From the NCBI GenBank assembly GCA_965248835.1, contig CBDFLJ010000002.1, positions 352,001-416,000 of the forward strand: 64,000 nucleotides of DNA, given 5' to 3'. The notes below the pieces were generated by a model. It was not told the origin of the DNA, searched no databases, and worked only from the letters and a program-made list of their open reading frames with translations. A program made the translations under genes and the position numbers. This document shows, one piece after another, positions 49,214-59,189 of the stretch. The DNA comes from Alphaproteobacteria bacterium (GTDB lineage Bacteria; Pseudomonadota; Alphaproteobacteria; MPNO01). Positions within the stretch are counted from its first letter, which is position 1; each line of letters begins with the position of its first letter.

Positions 49214-49485
49214 AGACCGTCCGCGCCAGGATAAGCGGGCGGGTCCAGGGCGTCTGGTTCCGCGCCTGGATCGAGGGCGAGGCCGGCAAGCACATGCTCG
49301 ACGGCTGGGTGCGCAACCGCCGCGACGGCTCGGTCGAAGCGCTGTTCCACGGCCCCGAGCCGGCAGTCGATCGGATGCTCGTGGCCTGCCGCATCGGCCC
49401 GCCGGCTGCCCGGGTCGAAGACATCGCGGTGTTCGCGGCCGAGGCCCCGGAACGGGCCGGTTTCACGGTGCATTCGTCGGCGTGA
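49210..49485 (+). CDS. acyP: Acylphosphatase
   Basis: [21 protein letters not shown] and GPPAARV. Confidence 0.93.
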   Translation: MKTVRARISGRVQGVWFRAWIEGEAGKHMLDGWVRNRRDGSVEALFHGPEPAVDRMLVACRIGPPAARVEDIAVFAAEAPERAGFTVHSSA

Positions 49486-50113
49486 GCGCGGTCTGGAAAG
49501 TCTCGGCGAATGTCCGGCGCAGCACCGCATCGACCTCCTCCATCCGCACCGCAAGACCAAGGCGGGCGAGCGAGGTCACGCCATGCTCTCTGACCCCGCA
49601 CGGCACGATCCCGTCATAGTGGCGGAGCGCTGGATCGACATTCAACGAAACACCGTGAAAGCTTACCCAGCGGCGCAGTCGAAGCCCGACGGCGGCGATC
49701 TTGTCTTCGCCGCCGGGCCGTGCGACCCAGATGCCCACGCGGCCCTCGCGCCGCTCGCCGACGACGCCGAACGCGGCCAGCGTGGCGATCAGCCAGGCTT
49801 CGAGCGAGCGCACGAACCGGCGGACATCGCGGCCGCGCCGGCCGACGTCGAGCATCACATAGGCCACTCGCTGGCCCGGACCGTGATAGGTGAACTCGCC
49901 GCCCCGCCCGGTCCGATGGACGGGAAAGCGGTCGGGCGCCAGCAGGTCCTCGGGCCTGGCCGAGGTCCCGGCGGTATAGAGCGGCGGGTGCTCGACCAGC
50001 CAGACAAGCTCCGGCGCGGCGCCCTCGCGGATCGCGTCGGCGCGCTCCTCCATCGCCGCCACCGCTTCCGGGTAGGGCTGGAGCCCGGGCTGGATGCGCC
50101 ATTCCACCTGCAT
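49463..50113 (-). CDS. lipB: Lipoyl(octanoyl) transferase
   Basis: [28 protein letters not shown] and GIVPCG. Confidence 0.96.
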   Translation of the reverse strand: MQVEWRIQPGLQPYPEAVAAMEERADAIREGAAPELVWLVEHPPLYTAGTSARPEDLLAPDRFPVHRTGRGGEFTYHGPGQRVAYVMLDVGRRGRDVRRFVRSLEAWLIATLAAFGVVGERREGRVGIWVARPGGEDKIAAVGLRLRRWVSFHGVSLNVDPALRHYDGIVPCGVREHGVTSLARLGLAVRMEEVDAVLRRTFAETFQTALTPTNAP

Positions 50114-50215
50114 GGGCGGAGCTTAGCACGCATGCGGACCTTGCGATGGCGACGCCATTTTGGTATCCCCGCCCATCGCGATTTGGCGCGCGAGGTGATC
50201 GGCTCCAGAGAATTT

Positions 50216-50302
50216 GCGGTCGTGGCGGAATTGGTAGACGCGCAGCGTTGAGGTCGCTGTGGGAGAAATCCCGTGGAAGTTCGAGTCTTCTCGACCGCAC
50301 CA
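50216..50302 (+). tRNA. tRNA-Leu(GAG)
   Basis: GCGGTCG/CGACCGC acceptor stem, GGCGGAATTGGTAGAC D-arm, CAGCG-TTGAGGT-CGCTG anticodon arm, long variable arm, GTTCGAGT and encoded CCA. Confidence 0.97.
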
Positions 50303-50308
50303 GTTCAT

Positions 50309-50337
50309 CGGGCCCGCCCATTCCTGGAGCGGGCCCG
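50309..50337 (+). terminator. Hairpin downstream of tRNA-Leu
   Basis: cgggcccgc...gcgggcccg 9-bp stem with an inner cca/tgg extension. Confidence 0.55.
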
Positions 50338-50411
50338 GTCCGAAGCCAGTACGGATCGGCGCCGGCACTGCGGCGGGCCGGCGTCAACGGTCTCGAGGTG
50401 GGATGCGAGGG

Positions 50412-51809
50412 ATGGCGGATCACGACCGCAGGGCGGCGATCGGACCGCAGGGCGCGCCCGCCTCTGACCTGATCGGCATGATCCCCGACATCGCGATCTC
50501 GGTCGGTGATGCGATCGACGCCGCCGAGCCCACCCGCGTGGTCGAGCTGACCTCGGCGCTGCACTACGCCGAGGTCGCCGACCTCCTGGAGCAGCTCAAC
50601 CCGGAGCAGCGCGCGCATCTGGTCGAGATCCTGGCGCCCGGCTTCGCGCCGGAGATCCTGCCCGAGCTCGGCCAGACCGTCCGCGAGGAAGTGGCCGAGC
50701 ATCTCGGCACCCAGCGCCTGGCGGGGGCCATCGCGCGCCTCGAGTCCGACGATGCGCTGCTGCTGCTGTCGTCGCTGCAGGAGGCCCAGCAGCGGCAGGT
50801 GATGCAGGCGATCCCGGCGGCGCTGCGCGACTCGCTCGAGCAGGGGCTCGCCTATCCCCAGGACAGCGCCGGCCGGCTGATGCAGCGCGACCTGGTCGCG
50901 GTGCCGACGTTCTGGACGGTCGGCGAGACCATCGACTACCTGCGCGAGGCCGAGAGCCTGCCCGACGACTTCTACGACATCTTCGTCGTTGATCCCGGTC
51001 ACCGGCCGGTCGGCACCGTGTCCTTGAGCCATGTGCTGCGCGCGCGGCGGCCGGTGCCGATGCAGGATCTGACCCGCCGCGAGGTCGTCGCGGTCCCCGT
51101 CGCGATGGACCAGGAGGAGGTGGCCTATATCTTCGCCCAGAAGGATCTGGTCTCCGCGCCGGTCGTCGATGACGGCGGCCGGCTGATCGGCGTGATCACG
51201 GTCGATGACGTCGTCGACGTCATCCACGAGGAGGCCGAGGAAGACCTGATGCGCCTGGGCGGGATTTCCGAGACCGACATCTATGAGGCGGTGCTGGACA
51301 CCGGCAAGGCCCGGTTCTCCTGGCTGTTCGTCAACCTGTTCACCGCGGTGCTGGCCTCGATGGTGATCTGGTTCTTCCAGGCGACCATCGAGCAGATCGT
51401 CGTCCTCGCCGTCCTGATGCCGATCGCCGCCTCGATGGGCGGCAACGCGGGCACCCAGTCGCTGACCGTCGCGGTCCGCGCGATCGCGATGCGCGACCTG
51501 ACGCCGGCCAACGCGCTGCGGGTGCTGTCCAAGGAGGCCCTGGTGGGCCTGTTCAACGGGCTGTGCTTTGCCGCGATCGTCGGCCTGATCGCATGGGTCT
51601 GGTCGGGCGAGCTGTCGATCGGCGCGGTGATGGGCGCGGCGATGGTGGTGACGCTGGTCATCGCCGGGCTAGCCGGGACGGCGATCCCGTTCGGGCTGTC
51701 GCGTACCCGAATCGATCCGGCGGTCGCCTCGGGCGTGCTGTTGACCACGGTCACCGACGTGATCGCGTTCCTCGCCTTCCTCGGACTTGCAGCCTGGTTC
51801 CTGATGTGA
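50412..51809 (+). CDS. mgtE: Magnesium transporter MgtE
   Basis: SAGRLM, CBS pair, MGGNAGTQ, DPAVASG and TTVTD. Confidence 0.95.
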   Translation: MADHDRRAAIGPQGAPASDLIGMIPDIAISVGDAIDAAEPTRVVELTSALHYAEVADLLEQLNPEQRAHLVEILAPGFAPEILPELGQTVREEVAEHLGTQRLAGAIARLESDDALLLLSSLQEAQQRQVMQAIPAALRDSLEQGLAYPQDSAGRLMQRDLVAVPTFWTVGETIDYLREAESLPDDFYDIFVVDPGHRPVGTVSLSHVLRARRPVPMQDLTRREVVAVPVAMDQEEVAYIFAQKDLVSAPVVDDGGRLIGVITVDDVVDVIHEEAEEDLMRLGGISETDIYEAVLDTGKARFSWLFVNLFTAVLASMVIWFFQATIEQIVVLAVLMPIAASMGGNAGTQSLTVAVRAIAMRDLTPANALRVLSKEALVGLFNGLCFAAIVGLIAWVWSGELSIGAVMGAAMVVTLVIAGLAGTAIPFGLSRTRIDPAVASGVLLTTVTDVIAFLAFLGLAAWFLM

Positions 51810-52720
51810 GCGCGGCGGGTTCGGCCCGGCCGATCGTCATCGACTGCGATCCCGGCACCGACGATGCCGTCGCGCTCCTGCTCGCCTTCGCTGCTGCCGA
51901 TGCGCTCGACGTCAGGGCCGTGACCACGGTGGCGGGCAACGTGTCGGCCGCGCAGACGCTTGCCAACGCCTTGAAGATCCGCGAACTGGCCGGGCGCGAA
52001 GACGTGCCGGTCCACGGCGGCTGTGCCGCGCCCCTGATCGGGGTGGGGGGCACCGCGACCGAAATCCATGGCGATGACGGTCTGGGCGGGCTCGACCTGC
52101 CGGCGCCGGCCGGCACCGCCGCATCCGCCCACGCCGTCGATGCGCTGATCCGGGCGATCGAAGACCGGCCGGGGGCGATCACCATCCTCGCCGTCGGCCC
52201 GCTGACCAACCTCGCATTGGCGCTGGCCAAGCGCCGCGACCTGGTGCCTGAGATCCGCCGGATCGTCCTGATGGGCGGGGCGGTCGGCGCCGGCAACGTC
52301 ACACCCCATGCCGAATTCAACGTCCATGTCGATCCCCATGCCGCGCGGGTGGTCTTCGAGGCCGGCGCGCCGGTGGTGATGATCGGGCTGGATGTCACCC
52401 ACCAGGTGCGGTGCACGCCCGATCGCATCGCCGCGCTTGCGGCGCTGGGCACGCCGGCCGCGCGGGCCGCGGCGCGGCTGATGGCGCGCGATCCCGGCGA
52501 AGAACACGGTGCCGCGCTGCACGATCCGTGCACGATCGCCTACCTGCTGCGGCCCGACCTGTTCACCGGCGCACCGGCCCGCGTTGCGGTGGCGACCGCC
52601 GAGACCGCGGAGATCGGCCGCACCGTGGTCGATTTCGATGCGCCGCCCAACGCGCTGGTGCTGACCGGCGTGGATGCGGACGGGGTCTTCGCGTTGATCG
52701 AAGAGCGGCTCAGCCCTTGA
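51806..52720 (+). CDS. Nucleoside hydrolase
   Basis: DCDPGTDDA, HGDDGLG, GPLTNLA, AEFN and LHDP. Confidence 0.93.
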   Translation: MSAAGSARPIVIDCDPGTDDAVALLLAFAAADALDVRAVTTVAGNVSAAQTLANALKIRELAGREDVPVHGGCAAPLIGVGGTATEIHGDDGLGGLDLPAPAGTAASAHAVDALIRAIEDRPGAITILAVGPLTNLALALAKRRDLVPEIRRIVLMGGAVGAGNVTPHAEFNVHVDPHAARVVFEAGAPVVMIGLDVTHQVRCTPDRIAALAALGTPAARAAARLMARDPGEEHGAALHDPCTIAYLLRPDLFTGAPARVAVATAETAEIGRTVVDFDAPPNALVLTGVDADGVFALIEERLSP

Positions 52721-53936
52721 GCAGGGCCTGGAGCTTGACCTCGGGATCGGCGAGCGCGGCAGGGTCGAGCACCTTGCCGGCCTGCATCAGGCGCCTGGCA
52801 AAGCGGATGTCGCGGGGGTTGTTGATTGCGGCCGCCCCCTCGATCCGGCCGTCCTTGAGATAGAACTCGATGAACCGGTTCTCCGCCCGCTCGCCGCGGG
52901 TGACGGTCCGGTCCCAGTCGGCCGGCAGGCCGATGAGCTGGATGTTGACGTCGTACTGGTCCGACCAGAACCAGGGGATCTCCGCATACGGCGTCGCGCC
53001 GCCCAGCATCGCCCGGGCCGCGGCAATCGCCTGGTTCTGGGCATTCTCCCAGGATTCCAGCCTGATGCGCCGGCCCAGCAGGTCGTTGGGGTGGTTGGTC
53101 ACATCGCCGGCGGCATAGATGTTCGGATCGGACGTCCGGCCAAGCGCATCGACGATCACGCCGTTGTCGACCTCGAGCCCCGCTTCGGCCGCAAGCTCGA
53201 CATTGGGGATCAGCCCGATGCCGATCACCACGACGGAGGCCGGCAGCACCGTGCCGTCGGGCAGCCGCACGCCGCTCACCCGATCCTCGCCGAGGACCGC
53301 CTCGATCGACGTGCCCAGGCGCACATCGATCCCGCGCTCGCGGTGGATCGCGTACAGGTGGGCCGCGAAGTCGGGTGTCAGCGCCCGGCCGCAAAGCTGG
53401 TCCAGTGCCTCCAGGACGACCACATCGGCGCCCAGCATGCGCCCGGCTGCGGCGACCTCGAGCCCGATCCAGCCGCCGCCGACGACCACCAGCTTCGCGC
53501 CCTCGGTGATGTCGGCCCGGATCGCTGCGCTGTCGGGGATGTCGCGCAGATAGTGCACGCCGGGACGCTCGCTGCCGTCGATCGGCAGCTTGCGGACCCG
53601 CCCGCCGGTGGCCAGCATCAGCTTGTCGTATGCGATCGCCTCGCCGTCGGCGAGCCTCACGGTCCTGGCCGCGCGATCGATCGCGGTCACCGCCGTCGCG
53701 GTACGCAGCTCGACCCGCCATTCCTCGAAGGCGCCTTCGGGCCACAGATAGCTGGATTCGGCCGGCACCTTGCCCAGCAGCACCTCTTTGGACAGCGGCG
53801 GGCGTTCATAGGGCGGGTAGGGTTCCTCGCCGATCAGGACGATCCTGCCCTCGAAGCCCTCGTCTCGCAGGGTCTTGGCGGCCCAGCCGCCCGCCTGGCC
53901 GGCGCCGACCACGACGATCGCCCCGGCGGCGTTCAT
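52710..53936 (-). CDS. GR-type FAD ferredoxin reductase of a Rieske system
   Basis: GAGQAG, PYERPPLSK, GGGWIGLE, RLESW.NA and PWFWSDQY. Confidence 0.93.
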   Translation of the reverse strand: MNAAGAIVVVGAGQAGGWAAKTLRDEGFEGRIVLIGEEPYPPYERPPLSKEVLLGKVPAESSYLWPEGAFEEWRVELRTATAVTAIDRAARTVRLADGEAIAYDKLMLATGGRVRKLPIDGSERPGVHYLRDIPDSAAIRADITEGAKLVVVGGGWIGLEVAAAGRMLGADVVVLEALDQLCGRALTPDFAAHLYAIHRERGIDVRLGTSIEAVLGEDRVSGVRLPDGTVLPASVVVIGIGLIPNVELAAEAGLEVDNGVIVDALGRTSDPNIYAAGDVTNHPNDLLGRRIRLESWENAQNQAIAAARAMLGGATPYAEIPWFWSDQYDVNIQLIGLPADWDRTVTRGERAENRFIEFYLKDGRIEGAAAINNPRDIRFARRLMQAGKVLDPAALADPEVKLQALLKG

Positions 53937-53957
53937 CGCACGTCCGGTCCGGCAGAA

Positions 53958-54278
53958 TCAGCCGGGCACGCCGACCATGATGTCGTCGCCGTCGACCTTG
54001 ATCTCGTAGGTCCTAAGGTTTTCGGTCACCGGCGGGGTCATCGCCTTGCCCGACTTGATGTTGAAGCAGCCGCCGTGCAGCGGGCATTCGATCACCTCGC
54101 CTTCGACATAGCCGTCCGCCAGAGAGGCATAGGCGTGGGTGCAGATGTCGTCGGTCGCGTAGAATTCGCCCTCGAGGTTGTAGATCGCGATTTCCTTCCT
54201 GCCGACCACGACCTGCAGAGCTTCGCCGTCGTCGAGGTCGCCCGTCTTGGCGACCGCGTGGAACTCGATATCACTCAT
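53958..54278 (-). CDS. Rieske-type ferredoxin
   Basis: CTH...CPLH Rieske motif; 106 aa. Confidence 0.93.
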   Translation of the reverse strand: MSDIEFHAVAKTGDLDDGEALQVVVGRKEIAIYNLEGEFYATDDICTHAYASLADGYVEGEVIECPLHGGCFNIKSGKAMTPPVTENLRTYEIKVDGDDIMVGVPG

Positions 54279-54491
54279 TATGCGCTGTGTCTCCGTGTTA
54301 TCCGAACCCGCACGGAAGCCGGCTCTCGGGTGCAGGCCGAACCGCGCATTTCCGGGGCAAACCCGTCCGCCCGGCGCGGCCGGCCGGGCGGGCCGGAGTG
54401 TACACAGCCCCCCGGATCGTGCCAACCGCTATCACCCGCAATGGCCAGGGCGTCAAGCCGCCGGTATAGTCCGTCCGTTCGCCGACCGCCC

Positions 54492-55751
54492 ATGCAGGGA
54501 AACGACAGCTTGCCCGAGAACGACGCCCCGTTCGTCTGGCCGCAGGAGGGCGTAAGCCGCGTCCCCTACCGGGTCTATGCCGAGCCCGGCATCTACAAGG
54601 CCGAACAACGCAACATTTTTCGCGGCGACGTCTGGCATTTCCTGCTGATGGACCGGGAGATCCCGGAGCCCGGCGACTACCGCACCGTCGAGATCGGCGA
54701 GACTCCGGTGATCGTGCTGCGCGACGAGACCGGTGCCATCAACGCGATGGTCAACCGCTGCGCCCACCGCGGCAACATGGTCTGCATCGCCAAGGCCGGC
54801 AGGGCGGACGGCAGGCTGACCTGCGTCTATCACAACTGGACCTACGACCTTCAGGGACGCCTCGAATCGGTCGCCTTCCAGCACGGGATCGCACGCCGCG
54901 GCGGCATGCCGGAGGACTTCGCGATCACCGACCATGCGCTGCAGCGGCTGCGGGTGGACAGCTATTGCGGGCTGGTGTTCGCGAGCTTCTCCGACCAGGT
55001 CGCGCCGCTGGCCGACTATCTCGGCGCGGAGATGCGGGCCAACATCGACCGCGTGCTCGGCCGCGAGATGGTTCTGCTGGGCAGCTACAGCCAGTTCATG
55101 CCCAACAACTGGAAGCTCTACATGGAGAACGTGCGCGACTCCTACCATGCGAGCCTGCTGCACGTCTTCTTCACCACCTTCCGGCTCAACCGGCTGTCGA
55201 TGGACGGCGGGATCAAGCTCAGCCCGCGCGGCTGGCACCATATCAGCTATTCGATCGCTGCCACCGACCGCGAGGAGGCGCAATACGACGCGGACAAGCT
55301 GCGGGCGGTCGATGACGGTTACCGACTGGCCGATTCGCGCCCGGTCAGCGGCTGGCCCGAGTTCCCGTGCGGCACGACGCTCGCGATTCAGTCGATCTTT
55401 CCCAATTTCGTCATCCAGCAGACCCAGAACTCGATCGCGCTGCGGGTGTGCACGCCGAAGGGGCCGGACGGGTGCGAGCTGTCCTGGCGCATCCTGGGCT
55501 GTGCGGATGACACAAAGGCGCAGCGCGCGGCGCGGATCCATCAGTCCAACCTGATCGGGCCCGGCGGCCTGATCTCGATGGAGGACGGGGTCATCGGCAG
55601 CTGGGTCCAACGCGGCACCCGGGCGGATCCCGACCGCGTATCCCTGCTGGAGATGGGTGGCCGCGACGTCGCGCCGAGCCCCGGCTCGCGCGCAACCGAA
55701 GTCTCGGTGCGTGGTTTCTGGAACGGCTTTCGCGACCTGATGGGCGTCTGA
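54492..55751 (+). CDS. Rieske ring-hydroxylating oxygenase alpha subunit (terephthalate/salicylate/anthranilate group)
   Basis: NRCAHRG...CVYH, NWKLYMEN.RDSYH...LH, LNRLS, SMED and RATE.SVRGFW. Confidence 0.9.
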   Translation: MQGNDSLPENDAPFVWPQEGVSRVPYRVYAEPGIYKAEQRNIFRGDVWHFLLMDREIPEPGDYRTVEIGETPVIVLRDETGAINAMVNRCAHRGNMVCIAKAGRADGRLTCVYHNWTYDLQGRLESVAFQHGIARRGGMPEDFAITDHALQRLRVDSYCGLVFASFSDQVAPLADYLGAEMRANIDRVLGREMVLLGSYSQFMPNNWKLYMENVRDSYHASLLHVFFTTFRLNRLSMDGGIKLSPRGWHHISYSIAATDREEAQYDADKLRAVDDGYRLADSRPVSGWPEFPCGTTLAIQSIFPNFVIQQTQNSIALRVCTPKGPDGCELSWRILGCADDTKAQRAARIHQSNLIGPGGLISMEDGVIGSWVQRGTRADPDRVSLLEMGGRDVAPSPGSRATEVSVRGFWNGFRDLMGV

Positions 55752-55778
55752 GCCGACGGTTGAGGGGAGAATTGGCCT

Positions 55779-56645
55779 GTGAGATTCGTTACCTTCGAGG
55801 CCGGAGGCAAGGTATCATTCGGCATGGTCACCGAGACCGGGGTCATCGACCTCGCGCCGCGGATGAAAGGAGTCGACGGCCTGCTCGACCTGCTCGATGC
55901 GGAGGCCTGGGCGCGGGCGGCCGCGGCGGCGAAAGGGGCACCTTCCGACTATGCGATGGGTGAGATCGCCTACCGCCGGCCGATCGAGCAGCCGGAGAAG
56001 ATCATCTGCATCGGCGTCAATTACGCCAACCGCAACCTGGAATATGACGACAGCACGCTGCCGGACTATCCCAGCGTCTTCATGCGCGCCCCCGATACCC
56101 TGGTCGGCCACGGCCAGCCGCTGGTTCGGCCGCCGGAGTCGGTCCAGCTCGACTACGAGGCCGAGATCGCGATCGTCATCGGCCAGGGCGGCAGGCGGAT
56201 TCCGCGCGAGCGCGTGCACGCGCACATCGCAGCGCTGACCTGCCTGAACGAAGGCTGCATCCGCGATTGGATGCGCCACGGCAAGTTCAACGTCACCCAA
56301 GGCAAGAACTTCGACCGCTGCGGCGCGGTCGGGCCGTGGCTCGTCACCGCCGATGAATTCGCGCACGGCTACGGCGACCTGCAGGTGCGCTGCCGGGTCA
56401 ACGGCGAGGTGCGTCAGGACGACACCACCGCCAACCTGATCTTCGATTTCGCCGACCTGGTGAGCTACGTCTCGACCTGGGCCAGCCTCAAGCGCGGCGA
56501 CATCATTTCGACCGGCACCCCGATCGGCGCCGGCGCCCGGTTCGATCCGCCCAAGTGGCTGGTCCCCGGCGATATCGTCGAGGTCGAGGTCTCCGGCATC
56601 GGGACCCTGTCCAACCCGGTCGTCGATGAGGCGCCGGCGCCCTGA
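55779..56645 (+). CDS. Fumarylacetoacetate hydrolase family protein
   Basis: KIICIGVNY, LDYEAE, GKNF, GPWLVT and GDIISTGTP. Confidence 0.92.
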   Translation: MRFVTFEAGGKVSFGMVTETGVIDLAPRMKGVDGLLDLLDAEAWARAAAAAKGAPSDYAMGEIAYRRPIEQPEKIICIGVNYANRNLEYDDSTLPDYPSVFMRAPDTLVGHGQPLVRPPESVQLDYEAEIAIVIGQGGRRIPRERVHAHIAALTCLNEGCIRDWMRHGKFNVTQGKNFDRCGAVGPWLVTADEFAHGYGDLQVRCRVNGEVRQDDTTANLIFDFADLVSYVSTWASLKRGDIISTGTPIGAGARFDPPKWLVPGDIVEVEVSGIGTLSNPVVDEAPAP

Positions 56646-56679
56646 ACCGGACGCGAATACGCTCGCCGGATATTTCCGT

Positions 56680-57384
56680 TCAATCGCGCGGCGGCTGGTT
56701 CAGTCCGCGCTCGACCGCGGGTCGGGCGAGGCAGCGCTCGAGATAGCCGGTCACGTTGACGTAGTCCGTTAGCCCAAGGGCCTCGGTGCCGTCGTAGAAC
56801 GTCCCCAAGACCCGGATCCACGGAAAGGTCGCGATGTCGGCGATGGTGTAGTCATCGCCCATCAGATGGTCGCGCCCCTCGAGACGCTTCTCGATGACCG
56901 CCAGCAGACGCCTGGTTTCGTCGCGGTACCGGTCGTTTGCATAGCTGTCGGCGGTCTTGTCGGCGGCGAATTTGTGGAAGTGCCCGAACTGGCCGAACAT
57001 CGGCCCGACGCCGCCCATCTGGAACATCAGCCATTGGATGCATTCGTAGCGGCCGGCGGGATCGGCCGGCAGCAGCTTTCCCGACTTCTCGGCGAGATAG
57101 ATCAGGATCGCGCCGCTCTCGAACAGCGGCAGGGGCGCACCGCCCGGGCCGTCCGGGTCGATCATCGCCGGAATCTTGTTGTTGGGGTTGAGCGATAGGA
57201 ACTCGGGCGTGAGCTGATCGTCGTTGCCGAAGGAGACGAGGTGGGCTTCATAGGGAAGCGCCATCTCCTCGAGCGCGATCGAGGCCTTGACCCCGTTGGG
57301 GGTGGGCAGGGAATAGAGCTGGATCCGGTCCGGGTGCTTTGCCGGCCAGCGCCTGGTGATCGGGAAATCGGCAAGCGTCGTCAT
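56680..57384 (-). CDS. YfcG/Nu-class-like glutathione S-transferase
   Basis: LPTPNGVK, NPNNKIPA, FESGAIL and WLMFQMGG. Confidence 0.92.
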   Translation of the reverse strand: MTTLADFPITRRWPAKHPDRIQLYSLPTPNGVKASIALEEMALPYEAHLVSFGNDDQLTPEFLSLNPNNKIPAMIDPDGPGGAPLPLFESGAILIYLAEKSGKLLPADPAGRYECIQWLMFQMGGVGPMFGQFGHFHKFAADKTADSYANDRYRDETRRLLAVIEKRLEGRDHLMGDDYTIADIATFPWIRVLGTFYDGTEALGLTDYVNVTGYLERCLARPAVERGLNQPPRD

Positions 57385-57401
57385 CGCGGGTCCCGTTCAA
57401 C

Positions 57402-58580
57402 CTAAACGAGATCGACGACCGTACCGGCGTCGGTCTTTCCCTGCGCCCGGTAGTGGCCGAGGCTGGAAATCAGCGGCAGGTCGGTATAGCTGTAGAGGAT
57501 GGCATCGCGCGACCCGGAATTGACAATCCGGCGCCAGCGGTGATTGGGCACGACGAAGAAATCGTTGCGCGCCCATTCCAGGGTTTCGCCGTCGACCTCG
57601 GTGCGGCCCTCGCCGTCCATGACCCAATAGATCGTCGATGCGGTATGCCGGAACGGCCGGGTCGCCTCGCCCGGGCGCAGGAGCTGGGCGCGGTAGGAGA
57701 TGGTGGTGAAGACCGGCGTGCCGTCCTCCGGGTTGACCAGCTCGACGATCACGCCCTCGTGCGGGTCGCCGTCGTAACCCGCCAGATCGTCCAGCGCGGC
57801 CCGTATGTCGCCCCCGGAATACAGGAACATCGGCGTCACTCCCTGGCCGACGCCGCGGGGATGGGCCTCGAACAGGGGGCGGATCCCGCCGCGGCCATAG
57901 AAGCGTTTGGAGAAGTTCTCGGCCGGCTCGCCGTGGGGGATCGCGTTCTCCGAATCGTCGCGCGCCCAGGCGCATCCCAGAAAGTCGATCAGCGGCCAGT
58001 CCAGCGTGTCCGCCCAGATCACCGGCGAGTCGTCGTCGTTGCCGTGCGCGTGCCAGGTGCCGTTGGGGGTGAACACCAGATCGCCGCGCTTGGGCAGCAT
58101 CTTCTCGCCCTCGACCACGGTATAGCCACCGCCCTCGGAGATGATCGTCCGGCTGGCGTTGGGCGTGTGCAGGTGCGATTCGGCGTCATCGCCGCGCTTG
58201 TAGATCGAGATCGCGATGCGCATCGTGTTGGTGACCTTGACCCCCTTGGTCCCGAAGGCCGGGTTGGTCAGCAGCACCGACTGGCGCTCGGTGAGCTCGA
58301 GCGGGCAAAGCTCGGCGAGCTTGAGCAGATTGGGCTCGATATCGCTCCATTTCCAGACATGCGGGACGGGCGAGGGGTACTCGACCGTCAGGCTATGCGG
58401 GCCGGGCTGCGGCTGATCGGGCGTGCCGAGGTGCCAGGCGTTCTGGTTGGGCAGGTTCCAGCGCGTGCGGATCCAGATGTGGCGTTCGCGCACTTGCTGG
58501 TTGAGTTCCTCCAGCTCATTGACGATCAGCTCGAGCTCGCGTGCCCGGTCGGACCGAGCCGATTCCCTGACGGTCGCCAT
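57402..58580 (-). CDS. Gentisate 1,2-dioxygenase-like bicupin
   Basis: LTNP, HLH...ASR, YTVVEG, GDLVFTP..WH.H, LDWP and RHT. Confidence 0.8.
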   Translation of the reverse strand: MATVRESARSDRARELELIVNELEELNQQVRERHIWIRTRWNLPNQNAWHLGTPDQPQPGPHSLTVEYPSPVPHVWKWSDIEPNLLKLAELCPLELTERQSVLLTNPAFGTKGVKVTNTMRIAISIYKRGDDAESHLHTPNASRTIISEGGGYTVVEGEKMLPKRGDLVFTPNGTWHAHGNDDDSPVIWADTLDWPLIDFLGCAWARDDSENAIPHGEPAENFSKRFYGRGGIRPLFEAHPRGVGQGVTPMFLYSGGDIRAALDDLAGYDGDPHEGVIVELVNPEDGTPVFTTISYRAQLLRPGEATRPFRHTASTIYWVMDGEGRTEVDGETLEWARNDFFVVPNHRWRRIVNSGSRDAILYSYTDLPLISSLGHYRAQGKTDAGTVVDLV

Positions 58581-58696
58581 GTCGTTTCTCCTGCCGTTCG
58601 CGCTTCAGTCTTTGCTGCGGATCATTGCCGGTCAAGGGGCATCTGAGCCACTCGACCTGGTGCGCCGCCACGCCGCGCCGCGTAGGATGGCCCGCC

Positions 58697-59170
58697 ATGG
58701 AAGCGCAGGATGCGAAGCGGGCGATCGAGGTGCTGATCCACGACTACGCCCACACGATCGATGACGACCGGCTCGAAGAATGGCCGGAATTCTTCACCGA
58801 GGACTGCCTCTACCGCGTGATCTCCAGGGAAAGCCACGACAACGGCCTGCCGGTCGGGATCATCACCTGCGAGGGGATCGGCATGCTGCGCGACCGCATC
58901 CTCGCTCTCCGGGTGGCGAACATCTACGAACCGCACAGCTACCGCCACCTGATCAGCGCGATCCGCATCGAGGACCAGGCCGGAGAGACTTATCGGGTCC
59001 GCACCGGGTTCGCCGTCATCCGCACGATGCAAAACGGCGAGAGCAGCGTCTTCTTGTCAGGCAAATACCTCGATTCCATCGTGTTCGAAGCCGGCGCGGC
59101 GAAGTTCCGCGAGCGCATCGTGGTCTGCGATTCCAGCCGCATCGACACGCTGATCGTCATCCCGCCGTGA
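58697..59170 (+). CDS. Rieske ring-hydroxylating oxygenase beta subunit
   Basis: YAHTIDD..LEEWPEFF, GMLRDRI, ANIYEPH.YRH and IDTLIVIP. Confidence 0.9.
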   Translation: MEAQDAKRAIEVLIHDYAHTIDDDRLEEWPEFFTEDCLYRVISRESHDNGLPVGIITCEGIGMLRDRILALRVANIYEPHSYRHLISAIRIEDQAGETYRVRTGFAVIRTMQNGESSVFLSGKYLDSIVFEAGAAKFRERIVVCDSSRIDTLIVIPP

Positions 59171-59189
59171 TCGGACCGGTCGGGCGGGT

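Noticed and set aside
50216-50340. tRNA-Leu as an island integration site
   Set aside because: No integrase, no duplicated tRNA 3' end seen, and the flanks are housekeeping genes (lipB, mgtE).
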